DNA of 64,000 nucleotides from the human T2T-CHM13v2.0 reference genome, Homo sapiens, in the NCBI GenBank assembly GCA_009914755.4, contig CP068257.2, positions 33,664,001 through 33,728,000 on the forward strand. The letters are read 5' to 3'. A program made the position numbers and the translations under genes. Numbering within the stretch: the first letter of the stretch is position 1; every line of letters starts with the position of its first letter. This document shows positions 13,201-24,556 of this stretch, piece after piece. The notes below the pieces were generated by a model, which saw nothing but the letters and a program-made list of their open reading frames with translations, ran no database searches and was not told the DNA's origin.

Positions 13201-14549
13201 TGTGCCGAGTTGATTTAATGGGTTCTGTGCAGATAAAGGCGGGGATTTGCAATGTTAAAAGTGTCTTCACAGGTGAGAAGACAAAGATCTCTGACATGCT
13301 TATTTCTCACAGTTCAGGTCCCCGACCCAGGCCTGGAAACACATCAAAGGCCACACCTTTCCTTCTTTTCATGCTCTCAGTCGGCCTTCTCTCACTTTCA
13401 GATTGCACCCCTGCACGACTCACCAGTCAAACAATGCAGTTATTATGCTCCTGGGAGAAGAAGGATAATTACCTCCACGGCCAGGTGCCAGTAGCAAGTT
13501 TCCCTGTGGCCAATTACTGTGTGGTGGTAAAACAGCTGAAGCTCTGTTTTTAAAATCTGTGTTGTGTTTTTTTTAAGCCTTTACTGTCATGTTGCCAGAC
13601 ACTGGCCCTGAGCCCTGCTATCGACACAGGGCGTCTAGCTTTGTTTTGAACGTGGGTTCCATTGTCTTTCACTCTCTCCCAACCTGGCATCTCATTATGT
13701 TTATATCTCCTTATCAGAGCCAATGAGCAAGGGGAAAACAGCTTCAGAAAGGAGGGAGCTGCTGCCCCACAGTTTCCATTTATCCAACCAAACCCAAACT
13801 GTTTTCATCCCTCATCAGCTGAGATGGAGTGACAGTGACTATAAAGAGAACTGATTGGCTTGGAGAAGGTGAGCATGATTTTAATAAGAAGAAAGTGAGG
13901 ACAGTAATGGAGCTTTTTGTCTTTTGAGTGACACATCTGGAAACTCCCCACTGGCCTTCTCCATTAGTTCGGTGAAAACCTATCAAGGAAACAAACAAAC
14001 AAGCAAAACACAAGTGAATGGCATTAAGTCCTGGCTGCAGAATAGTACTTCTTGTCTGGGGACAGATGTGTGCTGTGAAATGTTTATCCACCACCCCCCA
14101 TGCTTTTATTTGCAGCTGATGCTAATAATTATAACCAACATTTCAGAAATACCTTTAATATGCCAGACATCATCTTAAGCACACATGCTTTCTCCTCGGT
14201 CACCTCAACAACCCTAACAAGGTAGTATTTTACTTTCCATTTTACAGAAGGTGATCTTGAAGCTTGGAAAGATTAGCATTACAGTGTTACAAAGCTAAGA
14301 AGTGACAGAAGATAGGTCTATTTCATACCAAAGCTCAAATCTCAACTACACTGCTCTAAGGGGAACCTCTCACCTCCACTGGGCTACTTAAGGGGAACCA
14401 GCGACCCGACAGCCACAAGGCACTTCAGAAAAAAACGCACATTGCTGAGGGTCTAGGAACTCCCACCACATCCTCACTGCAGGTCCTTTATTGCTTTACT
14501 TGCCTAGTTGAGCATCAAACAACCTTAGTTTTTTGAGAGTGCCACTATT

Positions 14550-15130
14550 TTATCAGGTGTGTTAGTTTTGTGTGTCAACTAGATGAGCCACAGGAAGCTC
14601 AAATGAAACGTGATTTCAGGGTGTGTCTGTGCGGACGTTTCAGGGTAAGATTCGTATTTGAACCAATGGACTCAGTAAATTAGAATTCCCTCCCCAGGAT
14701 GGGTGGGCATCACCCAACCCACTGAGAGACTGAATGAAACAAAAGGCAGAGGGAGGAGGAATTCATTCTTCTACTTCCTGCCTGCTTGAGCTGGTACATC
14801 TCACCTCATCTTCTCCAGCTCTTGGACTGAAATTTATACCATCAGCATCCCTGCCTCTCAAGTCCTGAGACTTGGACTAAATTAAACCAACAGCCTTCCT
14901 TGGTCCCCAGCTTCTTGACAGCAGATCGTGGGTCTTCTCAGCCTCCATAATCACATGAACCAATTCCTCAAATCTCCTTTCATATATGTATTTTACACAT
15001 ATATACACACACACAAACACACACACCAACACACACACACACCTATAGATACACTCACACATCTAGGTATCTGTACATATGTCCTATTGGTTCTGCTTCT
15101 TTGGGAGAACTCTAATACACCAGGTGTTTC
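14550..15130 (+). mobile_element. Solo ERVL LTR (MLT2-like) with an internal (CA)n-rich microsatellite at about 15000-15060
   Basis: Starts gtgtgtcaactagatgagccacagg...gatgggtgggcatcacccaacccactgagagactgaatgaaacaaaaggcagagggagg...cttgagctggtacatc...cagcagatcgtgggtcttctcagcctccataatcacatgaaccaattcctcaaatctcctttcatatatg...cctattggttctgcttctttgggagaactctaatacaccagg. These are the diagnostic MLT2 blocks (tgtgtcaa.., gtgggcctcatccaatc.., cagatcttgggacttctcagcctccataatcgtgtgagccaattcc.., cctattggttctgtttctctggagaaccctgactaatacag). Confidence 0.7.
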
Positions 15131-15518
15131 AAGCAAAGAACTTTGCTAGCCTGTAGTGTTAACCTGCAGACTGCTAGAAATTGTCATGAGTACACCCATT
15201 TCTTTTAGCTAGTCTCTGGGATCTAGTAGATAGGATCGCATAAACTTCATGGTTGACAAACCCCAACCATATGGACGTGTCAGGAGGCCTGTTCCCATAT
15301 TTGAACACGGCTTCTGCAGCTTCTGCAGGTGCAGATGGTCATTTTATTTTGCTGAAAACTAAGTGTATACATTCATTTTTTTTGTGTTCAACTCTGGTGC
15401 CAACTGGAGTCCCCCAGTCACTGAAGATCCAGAGATGAGCTCCAGTGCCTTTTCTGTGACTTGTGTAAAGTAGAACAGACCAGTCCCCAAGAGGTTTTCA
15501 GACTCTTTTGGTTTGGAG

Positions 15519-15878
15519 GTGATACGGTCTGGCTGTGTTCCCACCCAAATCTCATCTTGAATTGTAGCTCCCACAATCCCCATGTGTCATGGAAGAACCC
15601 CGTGGGAGGTAATTGAATCATGGGGGCAGGTTGTTCCTGCGCTGTTCTCGTGATAGTGAATAAGTCTCATGAGATCTGATGGTTTTATAAAAGGCAGTTC
15701 CCCTGCACACGCTCTCTTGCCTGCCACCATGTAAGACATGGCTTTGCTCCTCCTTTGCCTTCCGCCATGATTGTGAGGCCTCTCCAGCCATGTGGAACTG
15801 TGAGTCCATTAAACATTTTTCCTTCATTAACCAGTCTTGGGTATATCCTTATAGCGGCATGAGAACGAACTAATACAG
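15519..15878 (+). mobile_element. Solo ERVL-MaLR LTR, MST/THE1-type
   Basis: tgatacggtctggctgtgttcccacccaaatctcatcttgaattgtagctcccacaatccccatgtgtcatggaagaaccccgtgggaggtaattgaatcatgggggcagg...gcctgccaccatgtaagacatggctttgctcctcctttgccttccgccatgattgtgaggcctctccagccatgtggaactgtgagtccattaaac...gagaacgaactaatacagg. Near full length and close to the THE1/MST consensus. Confidence 0.9.
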
Positions 15879-16059
15879 GAAGGATAGGGATAGGGTGGGA
15901 TGGGGGCCCTGGAGCAGACGGTCAAGGTACCAGGTCTTCTCTGGTTCCCTCCATCTCCCGCTTCTGCTGCAACAGTTGTGGGTCACATGTTTTCCTGCAC
16001 CCCATCCATGTTGTCCCTTTCATGCTCCTTGGGTCCAGACAGAGGACTTTAGCTCTTAT

Positions 16060-16115
16060 TAGCCCCACCCCACCCCACCCCCTCCGCCACACACACACAC
16101 ACACACACGAATTAT
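16060..16115. repeat. C-rich tract plus (CA)n microsatellite
   Basis: ccccaccccaccccaccccctccgccacacacacacacacacacac. Confidence 0.9.
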
Positions 16116-16439
16116 GGACTGAATGCTTGTGCCTCCCTCAAATTCATATGTTAAAAACCCCACCCACTAATGTGACAGTATTAGGAGGTGGGGTCTTTGA
16201 GAGGTAATTAGGAATAGATGAGCTCATGAAGGTGGAGCCCTCATGAATGGGATTCACATCCTTATGAGTCCTGAGAGAGCTTGCTTCCCCTCCTTACCAG
16301 GTGAGGACACAGCAAAAAGACAGCAATGAACCAGGAATTGGGCCTTCACCAGGCACCAGAACTGGGAAAAATGAGTGTCTGCTGTGTGAGCCACCCAGTT
16401 TACAGTATTTTGTTGTGACAGCCAGAGCTCACTCAGACA

Positions 16440-16700
16440 GGGACACACATGCTCATCCCTCACCACACACACACACACGATCGTCCCCCTCACACACATG
16501 CACACACACAGACACACACATAGGTTCACCTCTCTGTCCTCTCTTTCTTTTTCTTGGATACACATTCACTTTCATTCTCATACACATTCACAGACACACA
16601 TGTTCACACAGACACACATGCTCACACATGCATTCTCACTCTTACACACACACACCCTTCCTCTTTCTCTTTCACATACGCATCTGAGAAACCTACACAC
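16440..16700. repeat. Degenerate CA/CACA-rich low-complexity tract
   Basis: Long run of acacacaca / cacatgc / cacagacacaca variants. It generates the His/Thr-rich pseudo-ORFs 16301..16687, 16498..16722 and 16554..17123 (189 aa), which are compositional artefacts. Confidence 0.9.
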
Positions 16701-17444
16701 ACAAAAAACCCTTTATATATAATATTCTTATACACAACAGGTATGGCTTTGGGGAAGTTGAAGAGTGTCTTATGTCACACCCTTAACTACTTAAATTTAA
16801 ACGTTAGATTCTCATTTATAAAAGTCTTTTGCACTTTCTGTGATTCTTCTGTGCTCTCCCTCTTTTCCTTCCTTTCTCTTCGTTTCTCCCTCACCTCCCT
16901 TAATACCCGCTTCGTATCCAGCAGAGAGCAGCTAGTTGGCTTTTTGTTCCTCTGTCTTCTGCTTCCAGGGTCTTCCCTTTTATTCCTGGCAGCTTTAGGA
17001 AGTACAAAGTTTCATTTATATTCACATTTTCAAAAAATAAAAAGAACTTGCACAATTATAAAACATAGTACAATGATATCAAACAAATCTGCAATCTTGA
17101 TAATGAGAATTAATCAATTATAAATGCAAATGCAAATGTGTAGATTATTCTAGAAAAATAAATAAGTGGTCTTTATCCTATTAAGGAATCTTTAGTAAGC
17201 TTGCAGCTTGATCCAATCTGATCAGGTGAAACTGTATTATGGTTTCATTGAAAACATTAGCCTAAATAGATAAAAGATAAGATAATCAGCTTGTTAGCAA
17301 CTTTTAAAAACTGGTAACTTTTTTGATAATACTTTTCAGTCCCTTTCCATCACTTGGCAGTTAATTCAAGTGATATTTTCTCTCAATTTCAGCTAAGATG
17401 CTTACCAAAGAGGACATGTCAAAATCATAACTCATACCCTGGCT

Positions 17445-17555
17445 GTCTTAGGCTAGCTAGGGCAATGTAGCATGGTGGTTAGCACATAGGCTGGGCTGGT
17501 AAGTCCAGCAAACGTGGGTGTGGATCCTAGCCTGGTCACTTACTACCTGTGCAAC
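17445..17555 (+). mobile_element. MIR (SINE) 5' fragment
   Basis: tagcatggtggttagcacataggctgggctggtaagtccagcaaacgtgggtgtggatcctagcctggtcacttactacctgtgcaactgt resembles the MIR head (..agcatggtggttaagagcacgggctctggagtcaga..ctgggttcaaatcccggctctgccacttactagctgtgtgacc). Confidence 0.5.
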
Positions 17556-17559
17556 TGTT

Positions 17560-18005
17560 ATGGGTTGAACTGTGTCCTCCCAAAAAAAGATATACTGAAG
17601 TCCAAACCCCTGTGACAGCCCCTGTGACTGTGACTTTATTTGGAAATAAAATATTTGCAGACACCATGAAATTAAGATGAGGTCATTTGGGTGGGCCCTC
17701 ATTCAAGATGACAAATGTCCTTATAAGAAGAGGGAAGTTTGAACAGAGATGTGCACACGGAGAAGAAGTCTCAGTGACCACAGAGGCAGAGCCTGGAGTG
17801 ATGCAGCACAAACCAAGGAAGGCCACGCATTGCTGGCCACACCAGGAGCTAGGAAGAGGCAAGGGAAGATTCCTCCCAAATTCTCAGCGGGAGCATGGCC
17901 TTGCTGACACCTCACCTTAGGGTATCTAGTTTCTAGAACTATAACAGAATACATTTATGTTGTTTTCAGTCCCCCAGTTTCACCCAGTTTGTGGTACTCT
18001 GGGAT
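17560..18005 (+). mobile_element. Solo LTR, ERVL-MaLR (MLT1-like), near full length
   Basis: tatgggttgaactgtgtcctcccaaaaaaagatatactgaagtccaaacccctgtgacagcccctgtgactgtgactttatttggaaata...gatgaggtcatttgggtgggccctcattcaagatgacaaatgtccttataagaagaggg...ccaaggaaggccacgcattgctggccacaccaggagctaggaagaggcaaggg...agaactataacagaatacatttatgttgttttcagtcccccagtttcacccagtttgtggtactctgggatatca. The ORFs 17687..17920 and 17721..17954 lie inside it. Confidence 0.75.
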
Positions 18006-20202
18006 ATCATTGCACCCCGTTTGTGCTGTGGTATGGCAGTTCCAGGGAACTAATACTGTAAATCTCATAATCTCCATCTGTGTAAAATGCAAATCACAAT
18101 GCTGATAGTAGTGCTTCCCTAACGAGTGTATTATGAGGATTCCTCAGGCAGACATATGTCACATTCTTTGCACAGTATCCGGCACTTATTAGATGCTCAG
18201 TACATGTTGCTTTTATTAACAAATGTTAGTTATTATCAGACATAAACAGCTGAGGTCCCTGCACTCCAGGTAGTTATAATGTTAGGGGTCTCATCCATCC
18301 ACCCAAGATGCCAACCATTTCTAGAACATGTCTACTTTAATATCTCTAGCTATACAACTGATTGTAATTTTGTACTTATTAATTTAGGGCTACAAACATT
18401 TCCTAAGAAACGTTCCATAAATAGTTATAAAAACCATTGAATTGTAAGGAATGAGCTATTAATCTGAGCCATTGGGCATTACCTTGATATCCTCTTCACT
18501 ACCCAGAAAATTGTTAAAGGGAACCTTCCTTGATCAGTAAGACCTGAGCCTCCTGTAAGATCTGCTGCCTTCCCGTTTCTCTGGATTCTGTAACCATGAA
18601 AGTTGACTTTTGCCTTGATGCTATGGACCAAGCCCGGCTCTGACAACCCCACAGCTAAGATGTTTAATGGATAGAATATAATGTTTCCTTCCCTATACTT
18701 CTTACTCTATGATTTTTAAATTTTCTAAAATAAACATGCATTATTGTAATAATTTAAACACATAAGATATGTTTTTTCATATTCAATGCTACTTTCAAGT
18801 AGAATAGAGTCTGATAGAAAAATATAAAGGAAAAATCATATTTCTGATGTACATTTGTAGGAATGTAGTATTAAGCTACAAAATGCTGTGCCCACAATCT
18901 GTTTCTAGATGAGCCTCGGTTTCCTTATTTGAAAATGATGCTAACAAGGGTGTACCTCTCCGGACTACTGTGGAGACTGGATATCCTATGAGGGACTATC
19001 ACAGGGTCTTTAATGCAGTAAGTGCCTAGCTTCCTGCTTCTCCTCCCTTTATATTTCTCGTAACTTTTGAATAAATTTCCATGAATTCAAGAAAAAACAC
19101 AGTCTTTGCTTGTTGGTAATGTTATCTGTTTTGTTTTGTTTTTCCTGAATCATGTGGAAGGTAGCTTCTGAAATGTCTCCCAGTGACCCCTGCCTTCTGG
19201 CAGTCACAGTCTTATGCAATTGTCTTCCCTTGGGTGTGCACTGGCCCTGGTGACTTGCTCCGAAGGAACACAATTCAGCAAAAGGGATGGGAGTTCACTC
19301 TGAGGTTGGGTTACAAAAAGACTATGGCTTTCATTTTGCACAGCCTCTCTTTCTCTCTCACTTGTTCAGCCACCACACTGTGAGCTGCCCCATGGGAAGG
19401 CCCATGTGGCAGGGAACGGAGCGTGGCCTCTTGTCGACAACCATGTAAACGAGCTTGAAGTGGATCCCTCCCTAGCTGAGCCTTCAGAGAACTGAAGCTT
19501 CAGCTTATACCTTGATTGCATCTTTGTGGAAGACCCTGAGCCAGAGGCACCCCACTAAGGCATCTGGATTCCTGACCTGCAGAAACTCAGAGATAGTGAA
19601 CATTGTTGTATGAAGACACTCAGTTTTAGCATAATTTGTTGAGTAGCAATAGTTAACTAATGCAGATCAATACATTTCATGCAGTCATTCTCTACTATTT
19701 TTATTCTAACCCTTCTAGGTGGCAACAATCTCCATTTTGTCACACACATACTCTCAGACAACAGTTTGTTATTCTCACTCTCATTGCCCCCTAGTCCTGT
19801 GTTCTGCAGAGGCCTAGCTAGATGCTACCTATTGATAAAACAGATGATGCTTCTTTCCTACAAATGCCCCACTCTGGTCCTTGACTCATGCCCTAATAGA
19901 ACCCATGTCCCTGTGAAAGCTCTCTCAAAAACTACCTTTTCCCTCAACACAATGAGTGTGTAGCGCCCAAATATGGAGGCTTGTGCAGGTGCGGGATGCC
20001 ACAACCTCAGGATGGAGTGGCTTCCAGGAGAGTCCATATAAGTGAAGAAGGGCTGTGCTGCTGAACTACTAAACCTAAGGATGATGTCAAGATATGCCTG
20101 GGAAATGACAGCAAACTGTTGCACAGGAATGACTGAGAATCACTTCGCCAACCAACACATGTGTGACGCAGTCCACTGATTTTTTAAAAACTGCTGTACT
20201 GA

Positions 20203-20551
<349 letters not shown>

Positions 20552-21100
20552 TCATGTACACAAAGCTGTATCACTGATATTTTAAAATTTGAATCTCTCC
20601 TGTGTTTACAAACGGAAGGGAAACAGAACAATGATTGTAAAAAAGCTTTTGCCCCAACAGTCAAATATTTTACCTCTATGCAAATAATAATAATTATAAA
20701 TAATTTTGAAAAAAGTGGCCAAACTACAAAAAATTCTAATGAGTATTTTTGGCTTAACTGAATTAAAAGCAATAAAAATAGAAGTTCACTCAAGTCATTG
20801 TCATATTTAAATCATATAGTCACAGTATCTATGTGTTAACGTCCTAAGAGGCAAAATTGCCAGCAATTTATTCATCAGGTAATATAGGTAAGTAAAGAGC
20901 AGCTTTTTAGGCTAAATATTTTAGTTAACTATTTTAAAGTCCCCGCACAGTAATACACAGAACCCCAAATCATGCTGATTTTGTTGTTGCTGTCACTTTG
21001 GAATCCAATATCAAATGTCCTCTGGCCATTTCCTCCTTGGTAACAGCCAGGGCAGTTCTGAAAGTACATCCTTCCCCAATTTTCTTAGAACTTGTAGTGT

Positions 21101-21470
21101 TTGTGATATGGTTTGGCTGTGTCCCCATCCAAGTCTCATCTTGAATTGTAATCCCCATAAACCCTAGGTGTCAAGGGAGGGACCCAGTGGGAGGTGACTG
21201 GATCATGGGTGAGGTTCCCCCCATGCTGTTCTCTTGCTAGTGGGTGAGTTCTCAGAGCTGATGGTTCTACAAGGCAGTTTTCCCTGCTCTTGAATGCTCT
21301 CTCTCACCTGCCACCATGTAAGACGTGCCTGCTTCCCCTTCTGCCATGATTGTAAGTTTCCTGAGGCCTCCCCAGCCATGCAGAACTGTGAGTCAATTAA
21401 ACCTCCTTTCTTTATAAATTACCCAGTCTCAGGTTTTTCTTTATAGCAGTGTGAGAATGAACTAATACAG
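21101..21470 (+). mobile_element. Solo ERVL-MaLR LTR (MST/THE1-type)
   Basis: tgtgatatggtttggctgtgtccccatccaagtctcatcttgaattgtaatccccataaaccctaggtgtcaagggagggacccagtgggaggtgactggatcatgggtg...cctgccaccatgtaagacgtgcctgcttcc...ccccagccatgcagaactgtgagtcaattaaacctcctttctttataaattacccagtctcaggtttttctttatagcagtgtgagaatgaactaatacag. Confidence 0.9.
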
Positions 21471-22109
21471 TTTGTTTTCTTAATTTTCATGTCTGAGCAC
21501 AGAACAGAATTGAGAAGTAAGAAAAATTATATGTAGGAAAATTTTCCCATAATTATTCCTTCAATGTCATTGTATTCCAATGGCCAGCAAAAATAAGGCG
21601 TGAATAATATCACAACCTCATTGTTGACCTTGAGAAACAGAACTTGACTGCAAAAGTCAAGACATGCCCGACTGATGGAGCTTAAGGCCAATGAAAAAAA
21701 GAATGATAGAGTCAATGACTGGGTGGTTAAGGAGACATAAAGAAACCAGCCATTTGAATGCGCTCAATGGAATAAATAACCTGCAAAAATTAACCCATGA
21801 GCCACAGTGTGCCCCCTTTTTGATCAGCTCCTGATGCTGTTTGGGGTGTTGAGATAGCCCCTAGAAGGGATCTGGGCACATGCTGCATTGCTCATGAACT
21901 GTCTGTTTTATGAACCTTGGACTTTGAGATCTTGGCCACTGCTGCCTGGATGATGTTCCCAAATCATATCTGGTCAGTGTAGAGAGAGATGGGAATCTCC
22001 ACATTCCACGATGTTGCCAGCTCATTGAGCAGGTACTCCACAGATGAGTTCAGTCCTCTTCATATAATTCCTTGTGAGTCATTTCCCAGAATAAGCCCAG
22101 GCACTTTGC

Positions 22110-22495
22110 CAGTGTATTAGTCCATTTTCATACTGCCATAAAGAACTGACCCAGACAGGGTAATTTATAAAGGAAAGAGGTTTAATTGACTCACAGTTCA
22201 GCACAGCTGGGGAGGCCTCAGGAAACTTACAATCATGGTGGAAGGCAAAGGGGAAACAAGGCATCTCCTTCACATGGTGGAAGGAAGGAGAAGTGCAGAG
22301 CAAAGGGGGAAGAGCCCCTTATAAAACCATCAGATCTCGTGAGAACTCACTCACTATCAGGAGAACAGCATGGGGGAAACCTCCCCCATGATTCAATTAC
22401 CTCCCCATGGTGTCTTCCTTGACATGTGGGGATTATGGGGATTATAATTCAATATGAGATTTGGGTGGGGACACAAAGCCTAGCCATATCATCCT
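22110..22495 (-). mobile_element. Solo ERVL-MaLR LTR (THE1/MST-type), minus orientation
   Basis: agtgtattagtccattttcatactgccataaagaactgacccagacagggtaatttataaaggaaagaggtttaattgactcacagttcagcacagctggggaggcctcaggaaacttacaatcatggtggaaggcaaagggg...tcatgggggaaacctcccccatgattcaattacctcccc...attataattcaatatgagatttgggtggggacacaaagcctagccatatca is the reverse complement of the THE1/MST consensus. ORFs 22079..22303(-), 22186..22422(+) and 22426..22620(+) lie inside it. Confidence 0.9.
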
Positions 22496-22596
22496 GGTAC
22501 ATGGGACAAGTCTTGCCATTTCTCTTCCATAATTCCTTTTTAACAATTGTTCCTTGCCCAGACTTAACTTCTTTCTGGGTTGCCTGTTTTTATATT

Positions 22597-22785
22597 TCTA
22601 TACCTTTTTGCCCACTTTAATTATCCTGCACATCTAAAAAGGTACGCACAGCCACCAAAATATGTGTGTGTGTTTTCTGCTAACTTACAATTTCACAAGC
22701 TGGAGAGGCACTTAGGAACTTCAGTTACAATATGTTTTCAGTCTTTGACATAATAAAACATACGCCACATACAAATGAAGTTTAG
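22597..22785 (+). repeat. Copy 1 of a local low-copy duplication (paired with 23828-24075)
   Basis: gcccactttaattatcctgcacatctaaaaaggtacgcacagccaccaaaatatgtgtgtgtgttttctgctaacttacaatttcacaagctggagaggcacttaggaacttcagttacaatatgttttcagtctttgacataataaaacatacgccacatac is roughly 90% identical to 23828-24075, apart from a roughly 55-bp indel next to the GT run. Confidence 0.85.
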
Positions 22786-23827
22786 CACTCAAATCAGTTA
22801 AAAATCTTCCTACATGTTATTAGAAGGGGTGATTTCATCAGGCATGTTTCTTAAATCAATATGCAATAAAGTCTAAAGTGAGGTCAACCCATTTAACAAT
22901 CGACACCCCCACAAAAATAATAGGGATGAGGTGGGAAGGGCCTAGGTCTTAGTATTTATTATGTTTCCATTAATATTCTGCAGCTCTGTGTAGCTCTCCT
23001 GGGTCATGGTTCTCAACTCCTCCAGGGAGTGAAGTTTGAAGCTGGAGATGTGGAGAAGGAACACAGAATTTGTTCTCAAGTCTCTAAGTCTCAAGTCTCT
23101 AAGGTGATTACTTCTCCCTGCTTCTTGACAAATCCATCAGCTCTTTCCAAATCTAAAAAAGAATCAGGGATATGCCATGTTTTGGGAATAAGGTGTATAG
23201 TTTTTTTTTTTTTAGAGGTAATACGTTTGTGTGTCATTTATCAGAAAATGTAGGTATTGAGTCAAGAAATAATTAAAAATCACATATTTTGCTTCCTTGT
23301 TACTAAACATTAGCTATTATGTTACAATGTAATAATTTTAAAAGTAAGCAGGGGATGACTATTTTATTAAATTTAAATAATAATATGTAATATCAAAGAG
23401 ATGGTTTTTAGGGGAGTCTTGAAATATCTTTATAAACAGTCACATACTTGAATGTATGTGTATATAATATAAATATAAAATATATACATGTATCATTGTT
23501 TTATATTAAATGGGTACTGTATATATTTATAACTATATCTAGATCTATATATCCACCAACTCCCTCTTCTGGGGTCCCATAGCATCTTCTGTATACCATT
23601 ACATTAGTTCTGACTTATTGTACTACCACTTTCTTTTTAAATATTTGTCTTTCTCTCTTGACTGCTCATTCCATGAAAACAGAACCTGTGATTTATTTGA
23701 CTGCTGAATCCCCAGTTATTGATACAGTGCCTCAGATCCAATAAGTGTGGACGAAGTGTTTGGAAAAGAAGCAAGGAGTGATTCCAGATTGATCAATAAT
23801 CATACACTGATTCAAAACCCTGAATCA

Positions 23828-24075
23828 CATAGGATTTTGCCCACTTTAATTATCCTGCACATCTAAAAAAGTGTGCACAGCCTCCAAAATTTGTGTGTGT
23901 GTGTGTATGTGTGTGTGTGCCTGTAGCCATTCACAGGAATATTGCCTGGGGCAAGCACTGGAAGGAGGTTCTGCTAACTTACAATTTCACAAGCTGGAAA
24001 GGCACTTAGGAACTTCAGTTTCAACATGTTTTCAGTCTTTGACATAATAAAACATATGCCATATACACTCACATA
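23828..24075 (+). repeat. Copy 2 of the local duplication (with an expanded (GT)n and a roughly 55-bp extra segment), flanked by short direct and inverted repeats
   Basis: gcccactttaattatcctgcacatctaaaaaagtgtgcacagcctccaaaatttgtgtgtgtgtgtgtatgtgtgtgtgtgcctgtagcc...ttctgctaacttacaatttcacaagctggaaaggcacttaggaacttcagtttcaacatgttttcagtctttgacataataaaacatatgccatatacactcacatagg. Flanks: left ctgattcaaaaccctgaatcACATAGGAT, right cACATAGGATacagtcacagGATTCAGGGTTTTGAA. That is a 9-10-bp direct repeat with inverted ttcaaaaccctgaatc arms outside it. Confidence 0.8.
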
Positions 24076-24243
24076 GGATACAGTCACAGGATTCAGGGTT
24101 TTGAAGGATGTCTTCATGGTACAAAACTTTAAACTGTTTGCATTCAGAAGATAAAAATACTAAAGCTCTTCCTGGTTTTCTTGACATTCCCAAGGAAAAT
24201 GCTTTTTTTTTTTTCTACTAGCAAGTCTTTATTCCTTTAATAA

Positions 24244-24460
24244 CGTCATATGATTGCATCGTTTCTGTTATCTACTGCTGTGTAACAAAGTACCCCAGAG
24301 CTTAGTAACTTAAATCAACCATTTTATTTTTCTCATAATTTTGGGGAGTCAAGAATTTGAGAAGGTCTTGGCTAGATGATCCACCTCTTTTCCACGTAGC
24401 TTTAGCCACAGGGACGCTGGGGCTGGAGGGGTCACTTCTGAGATGGTCTCTTTACTCACA
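24244..24460 (-). mobile_element. ERVL-MaLR LTR fragment (MLT1-like, 3' part in minus orientation)
   Basis: ctactgctgtgtaacaaagtaccccagagcttagtaacttaaatcaaccattttatttttctcataattttggggagtcaagaatttgagaaggtcttggctagatgatccacc is the reverse-complement view of the MLT1 3' end (tgctgtaacaaagtaccacaaactgggtggcttaaaacaacag..tctcacagttctggaggccagaagtc..). Confidence 0.6.
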
Positions 24461-24464
24461 TGCC

Positions 24465-24556
24465 TACTCCTTGTGCTCTTGGCTCTCCTCTCTTCTCCTC
24501 CCCTTTCTTCCTCCCCTCCCCTCTCCTTTCCTTTTTCTCCCTCTCCTTGTGACATT
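24465..24556. repeat. Roughly 90-bp polypyrimidine (CT-rich) mirror-like tract
   Basis: ctcttggctctcctctcttctcctcccctttcttcctcccctcccctctcctttcctttttctccctctcc. It drives the overlapping pseudo-ORFs 24357..24656, 24443..24808 and 24349..24555(-). Confidence 0.9.

Noticed and set aside
16301-17123. Overlapping 128/74/189-aa ORFs rich in His-Thr (HTHTHT...)
   Set aside because: These are direct translations of a degenerate (CA)n/(CACA)n-rich low-complexity tract (16440-16700). They are a compositional artefact, not a histidine-rich protein.
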